From Mobula hypostoma (lineage: Eukaryota), in contig NC_086106.1 in the NCBI RefSeq assembly GCF_963921235.1, positions 18,352,001-18,416,000 of the forward strand: 64,000 nucleotides of DNA. The letters run 5' to 3'. Shown here piece after piece: positions 37,210 through 48,794 of the stretch. A program made the translations under genes and the position numbers. The notes beneath the pieces were generated by a model. That model saw only the letters and a list, made by a program, of their open reading frames with translations. It was not told the DNA's origin and did not search any database. Position 1 is the first letter of the stretch, and each line of letters opens with the position of its first letter.

Positions 37210-37400
37210 GAGGAAATCTGCAGATGCTGGAATTTCAAGCAACACACGTAAAAGTTGCTGGTGAACGCAGCAGGCCAGGCAGCATCTATTGGAAGAGGTA
37301 CAGTCCTGACGAAGGGTCTCGGCCCGAAACGTCGACTTCCAGTAGATGCTGCCTGGCCTGCTGTGTTCACCAGCAACTTTTATGTGTGTTGCTTTGATGT
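37210..37400. mobile_element. Palindromic Penelope terminal-repeat fragment in the J-C intron
   Basis: 52-bp inverted arms (37237-37288 / 37343-37394, 2 mismatches). Confidence 0.8.
37302..37337 (+). ncRNA. Minimal type-I hammerhead ribozyme motif (Penelope-associated)
   Basis: AGTC-CTGACGA-aGGGtctcggCCC-GAAA-CGTC-GACT: stem I AGTC/GACT, core CUGANGA and GAAA, GUC cleavage triplet. Confidence 0.65.
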
Positions 37401-37789
37401 ACTGCCCTGTTTCCAATCACTCCAAATCCAACCTTGTGCCTGTCCATTGGATCACTGTGTCCACGGTGTCCTGGACAATATTTCTCCTTCAATAACATCA
37501 CCAGAACAGACTGTCTGATCGTTCCCACCTTGCAGTTTGTGGATTCTGCTGTGTGCAGAGTGGCTCCACATTCCCGACTCTACAACAGGGCTGTACTTTG
37601 AAACTACTTCATTGCCTGTGAAGAGCTCGGGGACACCATGAAAGGTGCTCAGTAAATGTCAGCACTTTATCTCACAACCACTTTTACTGAATCACTAGCA
37701 ACACTGGTTAATGTAGGAAAGCACTTGTTAAACAAACCCAGTCGGGGGATGGAGGAGGATAAGAAATTAGAGCAGTTGCTCACAAACTA

Positions 37790-38990
37790 GAAAACTTGCA
37801 GCTGCTGGAAATCCAAACAACACACACAGAATGCTGGAGGAACTCAGCAGGCCAGGCAGCATCCATGGAAAACTGTACAGTCAATGTTCCACACCAAGAC
37901 CCTTCATCAGGACTGGAGAAAAAAGATGAGGTCAGAGTACGAAGGTGGGGAAGGGACAAGAGGAAGAACCACACGGTGATCAGTGAAACCAGGAGGGGGG
38001 AAGATGTGAAGTAAAGAGCTGGGAAGTCGATTGGTGAAGAACAGAAAGGGCTGGAGAATGGGGAATCTGACAGGAGAGGACAGAAGGTGATGGAAGAAAG
38101 GGAAGGAGTACCAGATGGAGCTGACGGACAGATAAGGAGATAAAGAAGAGAGGAAATGAGATTGGGAAATGGTGAAGGGGGTGGGCATTATCAGATGTTT
38201 GAGAAATCGATGCTCATACCATCGGGTTGGAGACTACCCTGATGGAATATAAGGGTGTTGCTGCACCAACCTGAGCGTGTCTTCATTGCGGCAGTAGAGC
38301 AGTCCATGGATTGACATGTTGGAAAGGGATGGGAAGTGGAATTAAAAGGGTGGCCACTGGGAGATCATGCTTTTTCTGTTGGACGGAACGTAGGTGCTCG
38401 GCGAAGCACCTGGAAGGACTGTTTTGGGCCTCGAATAGTAGTGAGGGAGCAGGTGTAGTGGCAGGTGTCGTAGTTGTTCCACTTGCAAGGATAAGTGCCA
38501 GGAGGGAGATCAGTGGGGAGGGATGAATGGACAAGGGAGTTGCGTTGGAAGTGAACCCTGCAGAAAGCAGAAAGCAGAAAGTGGGGGGTGGGGGGTGTAG
38601 AGGGAAAGGTGTGCTTGGTGTTGGGATCCCCCTGCAGATGCAGAAGGTGCAAAGAATTATGTACTGAACAGGGAGGCTGGTGGGGTGGCAGGTGAGGACA
38701 AGAGGAACCCTATCCCTGGTGGGGTGGTGGGAGGATGAAGTGAAAGCAGACGTGTGTGAAATGGAAGAGATGCGGTTGAGGGCCGTGTAGCTGGTGGAAG
38801 AAGGGAATCCGCTTTCATTGAAGAAGAACATCTCCTTAGTTCTGGAATGAAAAGCCTCATCCTGAGAGCAGATGCAGTGTAGACAGAGGAATTGAGAGAA
38901 GGGGATGGCATTTTTATACGAAACAGGGTGGGAAGAGATTTAATGCAGGTAGATGTGAGAGCCAGTGGGTTCATAAAAGACATCAGTAGA
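37790..38990 (-). mobile_element. Penelope-like element 3' fragment (RT end, GIY-YIG remnant, terminal repeat)
   Basis: FAEHLRSVQQKKHDLPVA and DRVPLVLTCHPTSL motifs homologous to 56200-57950. Confidence 0.85.
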
Positions 38991-40364
38991 TAAACTGCCT
39001 CCAGAACTCAGGGTGTGAACTGAGAATAAGCAGTTCATTTGAACAGTAAAGCTCAACTCATGTCCCGTGAGTCTGTGATGGGACAGACTGTGGGAAGCTT
39101 CACTCTGTGTCTAATCTCTGCTGCCCCTGCCCTGGTGGGGATGGAACAGTGCAGAAGGATATTTGTGTCTAATCCATGGCTGCCAGCACACTACATGGGA
39201 TCTGTAATCTACATCTAACTCATACCCTGTGTACTCTGGGGTGCTTGATGGAATCCCTTTGAGGAAAAAATTCCCAGATTTACAAGAAAAATACTGATTC
39301 CATTGAATGACAGAGCAGAGAGTGAGGCCATTCATCCGATAGTGTCTGTGCTTCCTTTTAGCTGAGCAAACCCAATAAACCCATTGGTCTCTCTGCTCTT
39401 CCCTGTATCCCTACAAAAGGTGGATCTCCTCCTGTTCCCTCTCTACACTCACTATTGGCCAATACCATCATTCAGGCAGTGTGTTCCAGATCACAAACGT
39501 TCATCAACAAACCTTCCCTTAAATGCTCCCCTATTACACATTATTGATTTGAACGCTTCCCTCCCCACCTCACCTGCACCACTCCCCACTCCCCCACCCA
39601 CCAATGCAAGGCTGCCTGGAATGTGTGAAGGAATTGTGATTTCAATTCCCTGCCTTACCTTTCCTGCACCAATTCCTCACTGCCTTCCCAACTCCAAAAG
39701 TCTTCCCCTCCTTATCCATCAGGGAATAAAACTGAAACCTTAATCCCATCAATTAATCCTGGGATATCACCGACACTTATGCTGTATCCCGGGACGGACC
39801 TCACGCCGGACATTACATGATGGGACTGACACCCACCTGTACCCTGGGGATATTGAGCCATCAACCAGATACTACATGTGTACACCATTCCCTCAGATTA
39901 TGTCTTAATCCCATTACCTTCAACATGAAAGCAGCCAACAGTAAAACCCGATCCCAATAACTTGACACTGAACAGATCCATTGTTGTCACTGACAGGGAA
40001 CAAGTTCAACTGCACTGAAACGCTCAGCCCCTGAACGTGGCTTCAGTTGGTGCTGAGGATCAGAAGCCAGTCTTGAACCAAACACTGAGCTCACTCAGCA
40101 CAATCGGCCGGTGTCAAGGCACAGTCTGGTGACAAGATCCGACCCCATTCCCCTGAGCCTGTTCCCGGTCTGTGGACAGTTCACTGGTGGGTCGGGTATG
40201 TACCCTTGTACTGTTACTGGGCTCCAGAGAAACCCGCCGGTTCAGGGAGGTTCATGTACTTTCTCTAAATATCTCACTGATTTCAGATGAATCGCCGGAT
40301 TCACCAAAACCGTAAATAAATAAAACACTAGTGCGTGATTATACAATTGAGAGGTTGATCTTAC

Positions 40365-40412
40365 CTGAAGTCACTGTCAGCGAGGTTCCTCCGCCCCAGT
40401 AGCCAAGATAAT
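40365..40412 (-). CDS. IGHJ: JH segment (YLGYWGGGTSLTVTS)
   Basis: WGxG motif, 48 nt, TCAG|GTAAG donor, heptamer abutting. Confidence 0.95.
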
Positions 40413-40451
40413 CACAGTGCTCCGTCTCCCCATTCACCCAGTGCAGTAACT
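40413..40451 (-). other. 23-bp-spacer RSS 5' of JH (degenerate nonamer)
   Basis: plus strand CACAGTG (perfect) + 23 nt + GCAGTAACT (5/9 to ACAAAAACC). Confidence 0.75.
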
Positions 40452-40783
40452 TCACTTGCCCGTCACATTCAGTAATCTCAGCAAAATGTCAACATGATCC
40501 CTGTCCGGACCGGGAGCAGCCGCTTCCTGGATTTCCACCCCAAACTCCGTCCTTGTCTCTTGTTGGCATGTGAATAAAGGCATTTTCACAATTTCCCTGT
40601 CTGTGGACACTGGCTCCTGCCATTCCCCAGAATCAGAGTCGAATCCTTTTGGGCTTTCAATTGTCCAGAAATGGACATTTGTGCCCAGCAGTCCAAGTGA
40701 GACTTCAGGGATTTGACTCTGGGAAGCAGCAATGTGGAATCCGTGGAGACAGACTGTGCTGCAGACGCTCCTTTGTTGGGACC

Positions 40784-40811
40784 AGTTTCTGTTCAGCTCC
40801 CCATCACCGTG
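40784..40811 (-). other. 12-bp-spacer recombination signal sequence 3' of V
   Basis: CACGGTG + ATGGGGAGCTGA (12 nt) + ACAGAAACT; no nonamer at the 23-nt position. Confidence 0.9.
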
Positions 40812-41112
40812 CTCCATCTCGCACAGTAATAGGTGGCCACGTCGTCCAGTCTCAGGTTGTTCATTTGCAGATAAAAGTTGCTGCTGTCCTTGGAAACAGT
40901 GAACCGGCTCTGGACTCTAGGCGCGTAGTACTTGCTACCACCACTCGATATAGCCGCCACCCACTCCAGCCCTTTCCCGGAGACCTGTTTCACCCAGGCC
41001 ATCCAGTAGCTGCTGAGGCTGAACCCACTGACCGCACAGGTCAGTCTGTGGGACTGCCCGGGCTTTACCACCGCTGACTCGGGCTGTGTCAGCACGACGG
41101 CGGACCGCACGC
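40812..41112 (-). CDS. IGHV: VH exon, IgW-type, with short extra 3' bases (probable germline-joined VD)
   Basis: ttgacag| acceptor; [48 protein letters not shown]...[11 protein letters not shown]; conserved Cys/Trp/Cys; open frame. Confidence 0.95.
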
Positions 41113-41221
41113 CTGTCAATAAAAAAGAGCAGAAATTAATAAAATGTTCCACGGGTAGAGGTTCACAAAGCCTCCGAGAAACAGCTGGTCCCGGGAGGGC
41201 GACGAGCCGCAGGACACCCAC

Positions 41222-41267
41222 CTGCCAGACAAGACAGGAGGAGACAGAGATAAGGAAACACCCCCAT
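41222..41267 (-). CDS. IGHV: Ig heavy-chain leader exon ([16 protein letters not shown])
   Basis: 46-nt exon ATG...GCAG|GTGGGT, hydrophobic signal peptide, phase 1, 109-nt intron to the V exon. Confidence 0.93.
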
Positions 41268-41355
41268 CGCCCTGAACACTGAGCCGGACTTGGACACTTT
41301 TGAGATCGGCGACTGCAGCTCAGGCCGGCTTTGTCCGGAGCCGCAGTGAGCGCTG

Positions 41356-41443
41356 TTTAAATAGGGACGTGGGCTGTGAGTGAGAGAGGGAGCCGCGGTT
41401 TGAACAGGCTCTCACACACTGAAACCAGAGGCGCAGCTTCCTG
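41356..41443 (-). promoter_or_regulatory. Putative VH promoter (TATA-like and ETS-like motifs)
   Basis: minus strand TATTTAAA at 41356-41363, ~90 nt upstream of ATG; CAGGAAG at 41437-41443; no octamer seen nearby. Confidence 0.45.
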
Positions 41444-42759
41444 TCCCCACCCACAGCAGCGATTTCAATTCCCCAAAAGATGTTTGTCTCTGCAACAGGC
41501 GGCAGGTCAGCGGCAGTGACCAGATCCGGATTAAAGATCTGTCACACTCTGCTCGATTCATCAATTTCAGCGATGAACAGTTTGTGTAAACTGAAACACA
41601 CAGAATCCCAGCGAGAGAGAATGAGAGACACCGGTCAGTGGACAGATATTCTCCTTAGAGACATAGTCTGAGACTGTCTCTGCAGGAAAATGTATGAAGC
41701 AACAAAAAGAGTTACCACACAATCTTCTCACTGCTCCCACACCACAAGAATCAATGTTAAACAGAGATTCCTGGTGGAAATGGGTGGAATTTACACTTAT
41801 AAGGTATTTTCTCTTTCAGGGACCTGGCACCATGAATTTCAGTGCCAAGCCCTCAGCAGTTCTCCCCACAAATCTTTTTGACCTGTTTCAGTGTGATACT
41901 GGTTGAGGGATCAATGTTGGGATAGATAGTGGAGAACTTTCCAAACCTTTTATGTCCACCTGACACAACAACCCCACCATGGCACCAATCAAAATAGTGA
42001 ACCTTTTTTTACCCCCAAGAGGACCACAATCTTGACCACAACCAGAGATCTATGTTGGCTTGCATCGGGGTCTTGTGCTTTAACTCTAGGTAGGGTCACC
42101 CATGCCAAAGATGTTAAAGGGTAGAGACCAAACAAAGAACGGTTCACCGTTCCTCCAGGTTTGGAATTTCAGTTCAGCGTTAGTGAACCTGATTCATCAA
42201 AAAGAAAAATTGTAATTGTTACGAGACGCTCCCAACCGTGCCAGCTTCCCAGGGATTTAGACTCTCCAACTCTCCAGAGTATGGATAGCTCGTAGCAGCC
42301 CCTTTAAGGATGATCCCGCTAACTGATAATCATGTTTTGGGCACCAAGAATTGAGTATGAAAGAACACCTGAACTGATGTTTAGTGCTCAATGGTAAACC
42401 CCACTAGTGATATTGTCTAGCATTTGTTTTGTGCTCAGATCTGGATCCAGTTTGATATCGTGTCTCAATCTTTGCTTTGGATACTCCAGCATTTGGGTCC
42501 AAACCATCCTCATCAAAGACTCTCGTCACAGTTACGGAAATAGCAATGAAGAATCCTTCTACATCTGAGTGTGATGGTATTCCCTAGTCACCACATGGGA
42601 CTTGCATGGCTGACAGGAGTGAAAACAGAGAGGAAGCTACGGGTATGGTGAAGGGAGCCATGAACTTTGCCAAGACCAAGACCAAAAATGTTTTTTGGAA
42701 TTGTGAAACCATGTACAACACTGGCAAGCTCACACAAATAACCACAGTAATGTGTCATT

Positions 42760-43990
42760 ACAGCCAACATACACGGGATCAGTGAAAGCAGATGGATAGG
42801 GTCTGGCAGACTAAAGGCAGCAACTGGTGAAACAGTTTTATATTCAGGAAGGGAAGATGGTCAGCATCATGATGGATTAGCCGTCATTTTGAAGGAAGGC
42901 ATTGAGAAGTACCCGCTGGAGTGAAAACCAATCAACAGTTGGCTGGTGAGAGTGAAGCAAGTGAACATGACTGTGATCCAGTGTTATGCTCCAAATAATA
43001 ATAGTGACATTGAAGAATAGGACATCTTCTACAAATGGCGGAGGTAGAGTTAACACCACGCCATGACATAATCATCATCATTGGAGATCTAAATGGCAAA
43101 GTGGGAAATAACAACTCACACTTCATTAGGGTCATGGATACACAAGGATGTAGAATGATCAATAACAATGGTGAAAGTCTGGTGGAATTCTGTGCCATGA
43201 ACAATCTGGTCACAGGAGGGACCCTCTTTCCACACCATGAAATAAACAAACTGACATGGAGCTTACCCAATGGATGTGACAAGATCCAGATTGACAATTT
43301 GATGATAAATGGTATGTGGAGACGATCCTTGCAGGGTGTAAAGGTGAAGAGAGGTGCAGATACAGGAAGTAATCACCACCTTGCTGTAGCAGTGATGAAA
43401 CTCATGCTCAGAAGCACTGGGACCAGAGCACGTGTACAAAGATGTTTTGATGTTGAGAAACTTAAGAACATCAGTGTGAGATCTGCCATCACCATTCAAC
43501 TTAAGGAGGGATTTCAGACATTGGCGGGGATGTGTCAGTGGACAAGATCAACACGATGTGGAAACAGATTGCATCAGTGATCAACTAGAGCAGTGAGGTT
43601 TGTCTACATTACAGAGCTGGAAAAAATAACAAAGCATGGATACAGCAGGAAACATGGACAGACTTAGGAGAAAGATGGAAAATTAGGAAGAAAGTGTTCA
43701 ATGCAAAGTCAACACAAATTCAGGTGAAATGTTAATTGGCATTCACTGAAGCTAGCAAGAAAGTGAAGAGCTTCTAAGAATGGATAAGAGAGTCTACATA
43801 GGAGACCTTGCACTGGCGGCCACAAGAGCGCCAGTCGACATGATCAGGAAAATATATACAAGATTTCAAAATTGGTATGTGGAATGTTCCAAGCCAGATC
43901 CAGTAGCCCCATGAGAGGTAAGAAAGGTCTGCTTTTGACAAGAGCATGGAGCACGATGGACAGGGTATTTCAGAAATTTGCTGAGTAGAC
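42760..43990 (+). mobile_element. RTE-clade LINE fragment (AP endonuclease region)
   Basis: IIIGDLNGKVG...NNNGESLVEFC...GGTLFPHHEINKLTWS...IDNLMING...VKRGADTGSNHHL. Confidence 0.8.
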
Positions 43991-44614
43991 GCAGAGGACC
44001 TCTGGAAGGTCCCGTTCGGATTAAGTCAAGCCACATCTCCTACAGGAAGCTGAGAAGGAAATATCCCCTATATCACTGTCCAGTTTCATCCATCTATCAA
44101 GAATGAAAATATGAAATGTGTTTCTGGTAAATCAACAGCTGCACACAGAGATTCTGTTCAAATTTATCCCATGCACTGAGAGTCAGAAGGAGATTGCTCA
44201 GCCCTTCCGTCTATTCCCTCCAAAGCTGACCTACATCTGATCTCCATTTACCCTCCTTGGCTCATATTTTAATAATTGGACTCAAACAAAATTCTATTAA
44301 TTTTGAAATTTCAACTGACACCTCCTTCCACCCCCCCCCCATCCCAGTCTTGACCAGTCCCCAGGAAGAGTTCCAGATTTCCAGTGCCCTGTATATCCTG
44401 AAGTAACAGATTCTTTGTGTTATTCTTCTGCATTATTCTTGAATGTTTTTAAACTCCCCAATTACACTGGCCTTCAATTTTCCACACTTCAGGGAACAAG
44501 AGACCAGACCTAATATTCTATCCCAGTCCCACTAGCACTTCACTGGCCCTGGTCCACACACCCCTTCTCCAAGGGGTGATGCCATGAATCACAGCAAGTA
44601 CTTCAGATGTGGTC

Positions 44615-45865
44615 TAATTAGAACATAGAATAGTACAGCACATTACAGGCCCTTCAGCCCACAATGTTGTGCCGACCCTCAAACCCTGCCTCCCATATAG
44701 CCCCCCACCTTAAATTCCTCCATATACCTGTCTAGTAGTCTCTTAAACTTCACTAGTGTATCTGCCTCCACCACTGACTCAGGCAGTGCATTCCACGCAC
44801 CAACCACACTCTGAGTAAAAAACCTTCCTCTAATATCCCCCTTGAACTTCCCACCCCTTACCTTAAAGCCATGTCCTCTTGTATTGAGCAGTGGTGCCCT
44901 GGGGAAGAGGCGTTGGCTATCCACTCTATCTATTCCTCTTGTTATCTTGTACACCTCTATCATGTCTCCTTTCATCCTCCTTCTCTCCAAAGAGTAAAGC
45001 CCTAACTCCCTTAACCTCTGATCATAATGCATACTCTCTAAACCAGGCAGCATCCTGGTAAATCTCCTCTGTACCCTTTCCAATGTTTCCACATCCTTCC
45101 TATAGTGAAGCGACCAGAACTGGACACCGTACTCCAATTGCGGCCTAACCAGAGTTTTATAGAGCTGCATTATTACATCACGACTCTTAAACACTATCCC
45201 TCGAATTATGAAAGCTAACACCCTATAAGCTTTCTGAACAACCCTATCTACCTGTGAGGCGACTTTCAGGGATCTGTGGACATGTACCCCCAGATCCCTC
45301 TGCTCCTCCACACTATCAAGTATCCTGCCATTTACTTTACACTCTGCCTTGGAGTTTGTCCTTCCAAAGTGTACCACCTCACACTTCTCCGGGTTGAACT
45401 CCATCTGCCACTTCTCAGCCACTTCTGCATCCTATCAATGTCTGCAATCTTCAACAATCCTCTACACTATCTACAACACCACCAACCTTTGTGTTGTCTG
45501 CAAACTTGCCAACCCACCCCTCTACCCCCACATCCAGGTCGTTAATAAAAATCACGAAAAGTAGAGGTCCCAGAACAGATCCTTGTGGGACACCACTAGT
45601 CACAACCCTCCAATCCCAATGTACTCCCTCCACCACGACCCTCTGCCTTCTGCAGGCAAGCCAATTCTGAATCCACCTGGCCAAACTTCCCTAGATCCCA
45701 TACCTTCTGACTTCCTGAACAAGCCTACCGTGTGGAACCTTGTCAAATGCCTTACTAAAATCCATATAGATCACATCCACTGCACTACCCTAATCTATAT
45801 GCTGGTCACCTCCTCAAAGAACTCCATCAGGATTGTTAGACATGATCTGCCCTTCACAAAGCCGT
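44615..45865 (-). mobile_element. Well-preserved CR1 LINE 3' fragment (RT)
   Basis: [24 protein letters not shown]...KFADNTK; 247-aa ORF AEKWQMEFNPEKC... Confidence 0.93.
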
Positions 45866-46299
45866 GAAATCTCTACTCCACAGCAGTGTAATATCCACCC
45901 CTCTGTATCCCTGTTTTCCCCATTAACTGCAGCACATTGAGACCTTTAGCTTAAATTCATCCTTAGGATTAATTGGAACCCAAACCTGCCAGTGGTCTCT
46001 CATCTTTCACATTCCCTCTCTGTCCGCTGGGATTGGTCATTCCCTTATGGAATCTGTGTCAGTCAGCTGACACAGCAGAAACAAGACCTCTCTTGAAACA
46101 TGAGCTCACCAAACAACAACCTCTGTGACTGTGGGCAGGTTACCTCCTTATGTTTCTCACCACACCTGAGTATTTTCATATCTACCTGCCTCGACCTACC
46201 TTTGGATTGTATTCATTACAGGTTGTTTAAACTTTCTCAGCTTACAGCTGGCTATCCCATTCCAGCTCCCATGGCCTCTGTCAGATTCTGAAGTGAGAT

Positions 46300-47200
46300 A
46301 TGGGACATGCTCCACTCTACTCCCTCTACACCCATGACTGTGTGGCTCGGCACAGCTCAAACTCCTCGTCACATTTGTCTGTTGTTGGCAGTATCTCAGA
46401 TGGTGACGAGGAGGGGTACAGAAGTGAGATAGATTGGCTGGTTGAGTGGTGTCACACCAACGATCTTCAACCAATGTCAGTAAGAATAATGAATTGATTG
46501 TGGGCTTCGGGAAGGGAACGTGGGGGACACACACCAGGTATCATTGAGGGATCAGCAGTGGAAAGGGTGAGCAATTTCAAATTCCTGGCTGTCAACATTA
46601 CTAAAGAGCTATCCTGGGTCCAACTTATTGATGAAATGACAAAGAAAGAACATTAGAGGTTAAATTTCATTAGGAGTTTGAGATGATTTGGTGTTTCACC
46701 CAATACTCTAGCAAATTTCTACAGATGTACTATGGAGCATTCGATGAGGTTGCATCACCGTCTGGTACAGACAGGCCACTGCACAGGATCAGAAAAAGCT
46801 GCAGAGAGTTGCAAACTCGGCCAGCCCCATCACGGGCACCATCTTCCCCAGCATTAAGGACATCTTCAAAAGGCAATGCCTCAAAAAGCCGCATCCATCA
46901 TTAAAGACCCACATCATACCGGACATGTTCTCTTCTTATTACTACCATCAGATAGGAGGTACAGGAGCCTGGAGACACACACTCAACATTTCAGGAACAG
47001 CTTCTTCCCCTCTGCCATCAGATTTCTGAACAGACACTGAACACTAACTCCTATATTTGTTCTCCATTTGCATGAGTTATATATACATGTATCTTATTGT
47101 AATTTATAATTTTTATGTGTTGCACTGTACTGATGCCACAACACAACAAATTTCACAACATGATATTAAACCTGCTTCTGATACTGATGGGAGTGAAGGC
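46300..47200 (+). mobile_element. Rex1/Babar-type LINE 3' fragment
   Basis: degenerate YRSEIDWLVEWC, FKFLAVNI and SFFPSAIRFLN motifs. Confidence 0.7.
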
Positions 47201-48169
47201 AGAAACTAGTTGAGTCTGACGATCTGATATACCTGACTGTAGGTGACTGGTCTGGGCCCAACTTCTGCCACTGGGAAACAACAGTTCCTGAGAAAGAGTT
47301 TGGGATTGGGCGATGGACAGAAAAGTGAAGAGAAAATAAAGAGAGAGGAACATACAGAGAGCAAAGGAGGAAGAGGATAAGAGACATGAAGTGGGAAAGA
47401 ATAAAATGGGGAGGAAGTGATGAAAGGGTGACAGAAAGGGGAAGGAGGAAATGAGAGAGAAACAATGTGGATATGCAAAACAGGAGAGTGAAAGTCCCAG
47501 GAAGAGATAAAGAGAGTGAGAGAGGAACGTGGTGAAGGAAAGGAAACTCAATAGATTGTGTTTCTCTCCCGTGACTCTGGTAATACACAGACTTAAATGA
47601 AACGTACAGCACAGCAGCAGATTCAGACCAATTATTTCATGCCATTGTTTATTTTCTGCAGGAACCTCCAGTCACTCTATCTTTGTGCATCTGGGTTAAC
47701 TTCCTTTTCTGTTCCCTTTCACAACATTCACTTCTGTGGGAGAGATCTATATTCTCCCATCCTCTGGATGAATAATCCAAGTTTGATGATTAGTGATAAT
47801 TTACAATAGTTTTAATCCCCCTGAAGACTTTCTCCTCCACCCTATCAGGTATTTTTTCTCATCTGTGAGGTGGAAATATGCTTTACCCTTCAATCTTCTC
47901 ATGACCCTCCTATCCAGGGTATATATGAGCATCTGAAACACTTACATATTACTAATGAGGCCAACAATGTCCCCCTTTTTTCACAGGAAAGAGCCCAAAA
48001 GTCAAATCCAGTACATTTCAGCATCAATGAGACAGTGTCCCTGCTGGGAGAATTTCATGGGACTGGGTAAGAGGAGAGTACAGATTGCTTTTTGTCCAAG
48101 TTAAAACATAGGTTTTATGCCTGCATTAATCTGGGTGAAACTTCATGAACCCTCAGTTCTGGTTGCTTC

Positions 48170-48660
48170 ATTATAAGGATGTGGAGGCTTTGGAGAGGGT
48201 GTAAAAGATGTTCACGAGCATGTTGCCTGGATTAGAGAATATTAGCTGTAAGGAGAGGTTGAACAATTTTTGACTGTTTATTCTGGAGCGTCGGCTGAGA
48301 GGCAACCTGATAGAGGCTTATAAAAGTATGAGAGTTATTGACAGAGTCGACAGTCAGTCATTTTCCCAGGGTAAAATGTCATATCCAAAAGGACAGAGAT
48401 TTAAGGTGAGGGGTATAACATTCAAAGGAGATTTGTGGGTGGTATTTATTACAGAGAGTGACGGGTGCCTGGAATGCACTGGCAGGAGTGGTGGTGAATC
48501 AGCATGATAGTACAGTTGAGATACATTTGAAAAAGCACATGACCATTCAGGATATGGATTCTGTGCAGATAGTTCAGTTTAGATTAATTTGATGTTCTGG
48601 TTGTCACAGTCATCATGGGCTGAAGGGCCTGTTCCTGTGCTCTACTGTTCTGTGTTGTAG
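48170..48660 (+). mobile_element. CR1 LINE 3' remnant
   Basis: degenerate LERVxKxFTxMLPGL and HRFKVRG motifs; GGGCTGAAGGGCCTGTTCCTGTGCT tail. Confidence 0.7.
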
Positions 48661-48758
48661 GTTTACTTAAAGCTCAGTAACTAATTGTTATTAATAGCTG
48701 ACAGATGTCTGAAACTCTGCGATAACATTAACACTCAGTCCTTACACTTCCTTCAGTT

Positions 48759-48794
48759 AGTCCTGACGAAGGGTCTCGGCCTGAAACGTCGACT
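48759..48794 (+). ncRNA. Minimal hammerhead ribozyme motif
   Basis: AGTC-CTGACGA-AGGgtctcggCCT-GAAA-CGTC-GACT. Confidence 0.65.

Noticed and set aside
40748-40760. CACAGTC heptamer-like word between V and J (possible D)
   Set aside because: No nonamer at 12 or 23 nt and no opposing 5' RSS
44030-44170. Plus-strand IPYITV ITIM-like frame
   Set aside because: In-frame stop just after the nearest acceptor; such hexamers occur by chance
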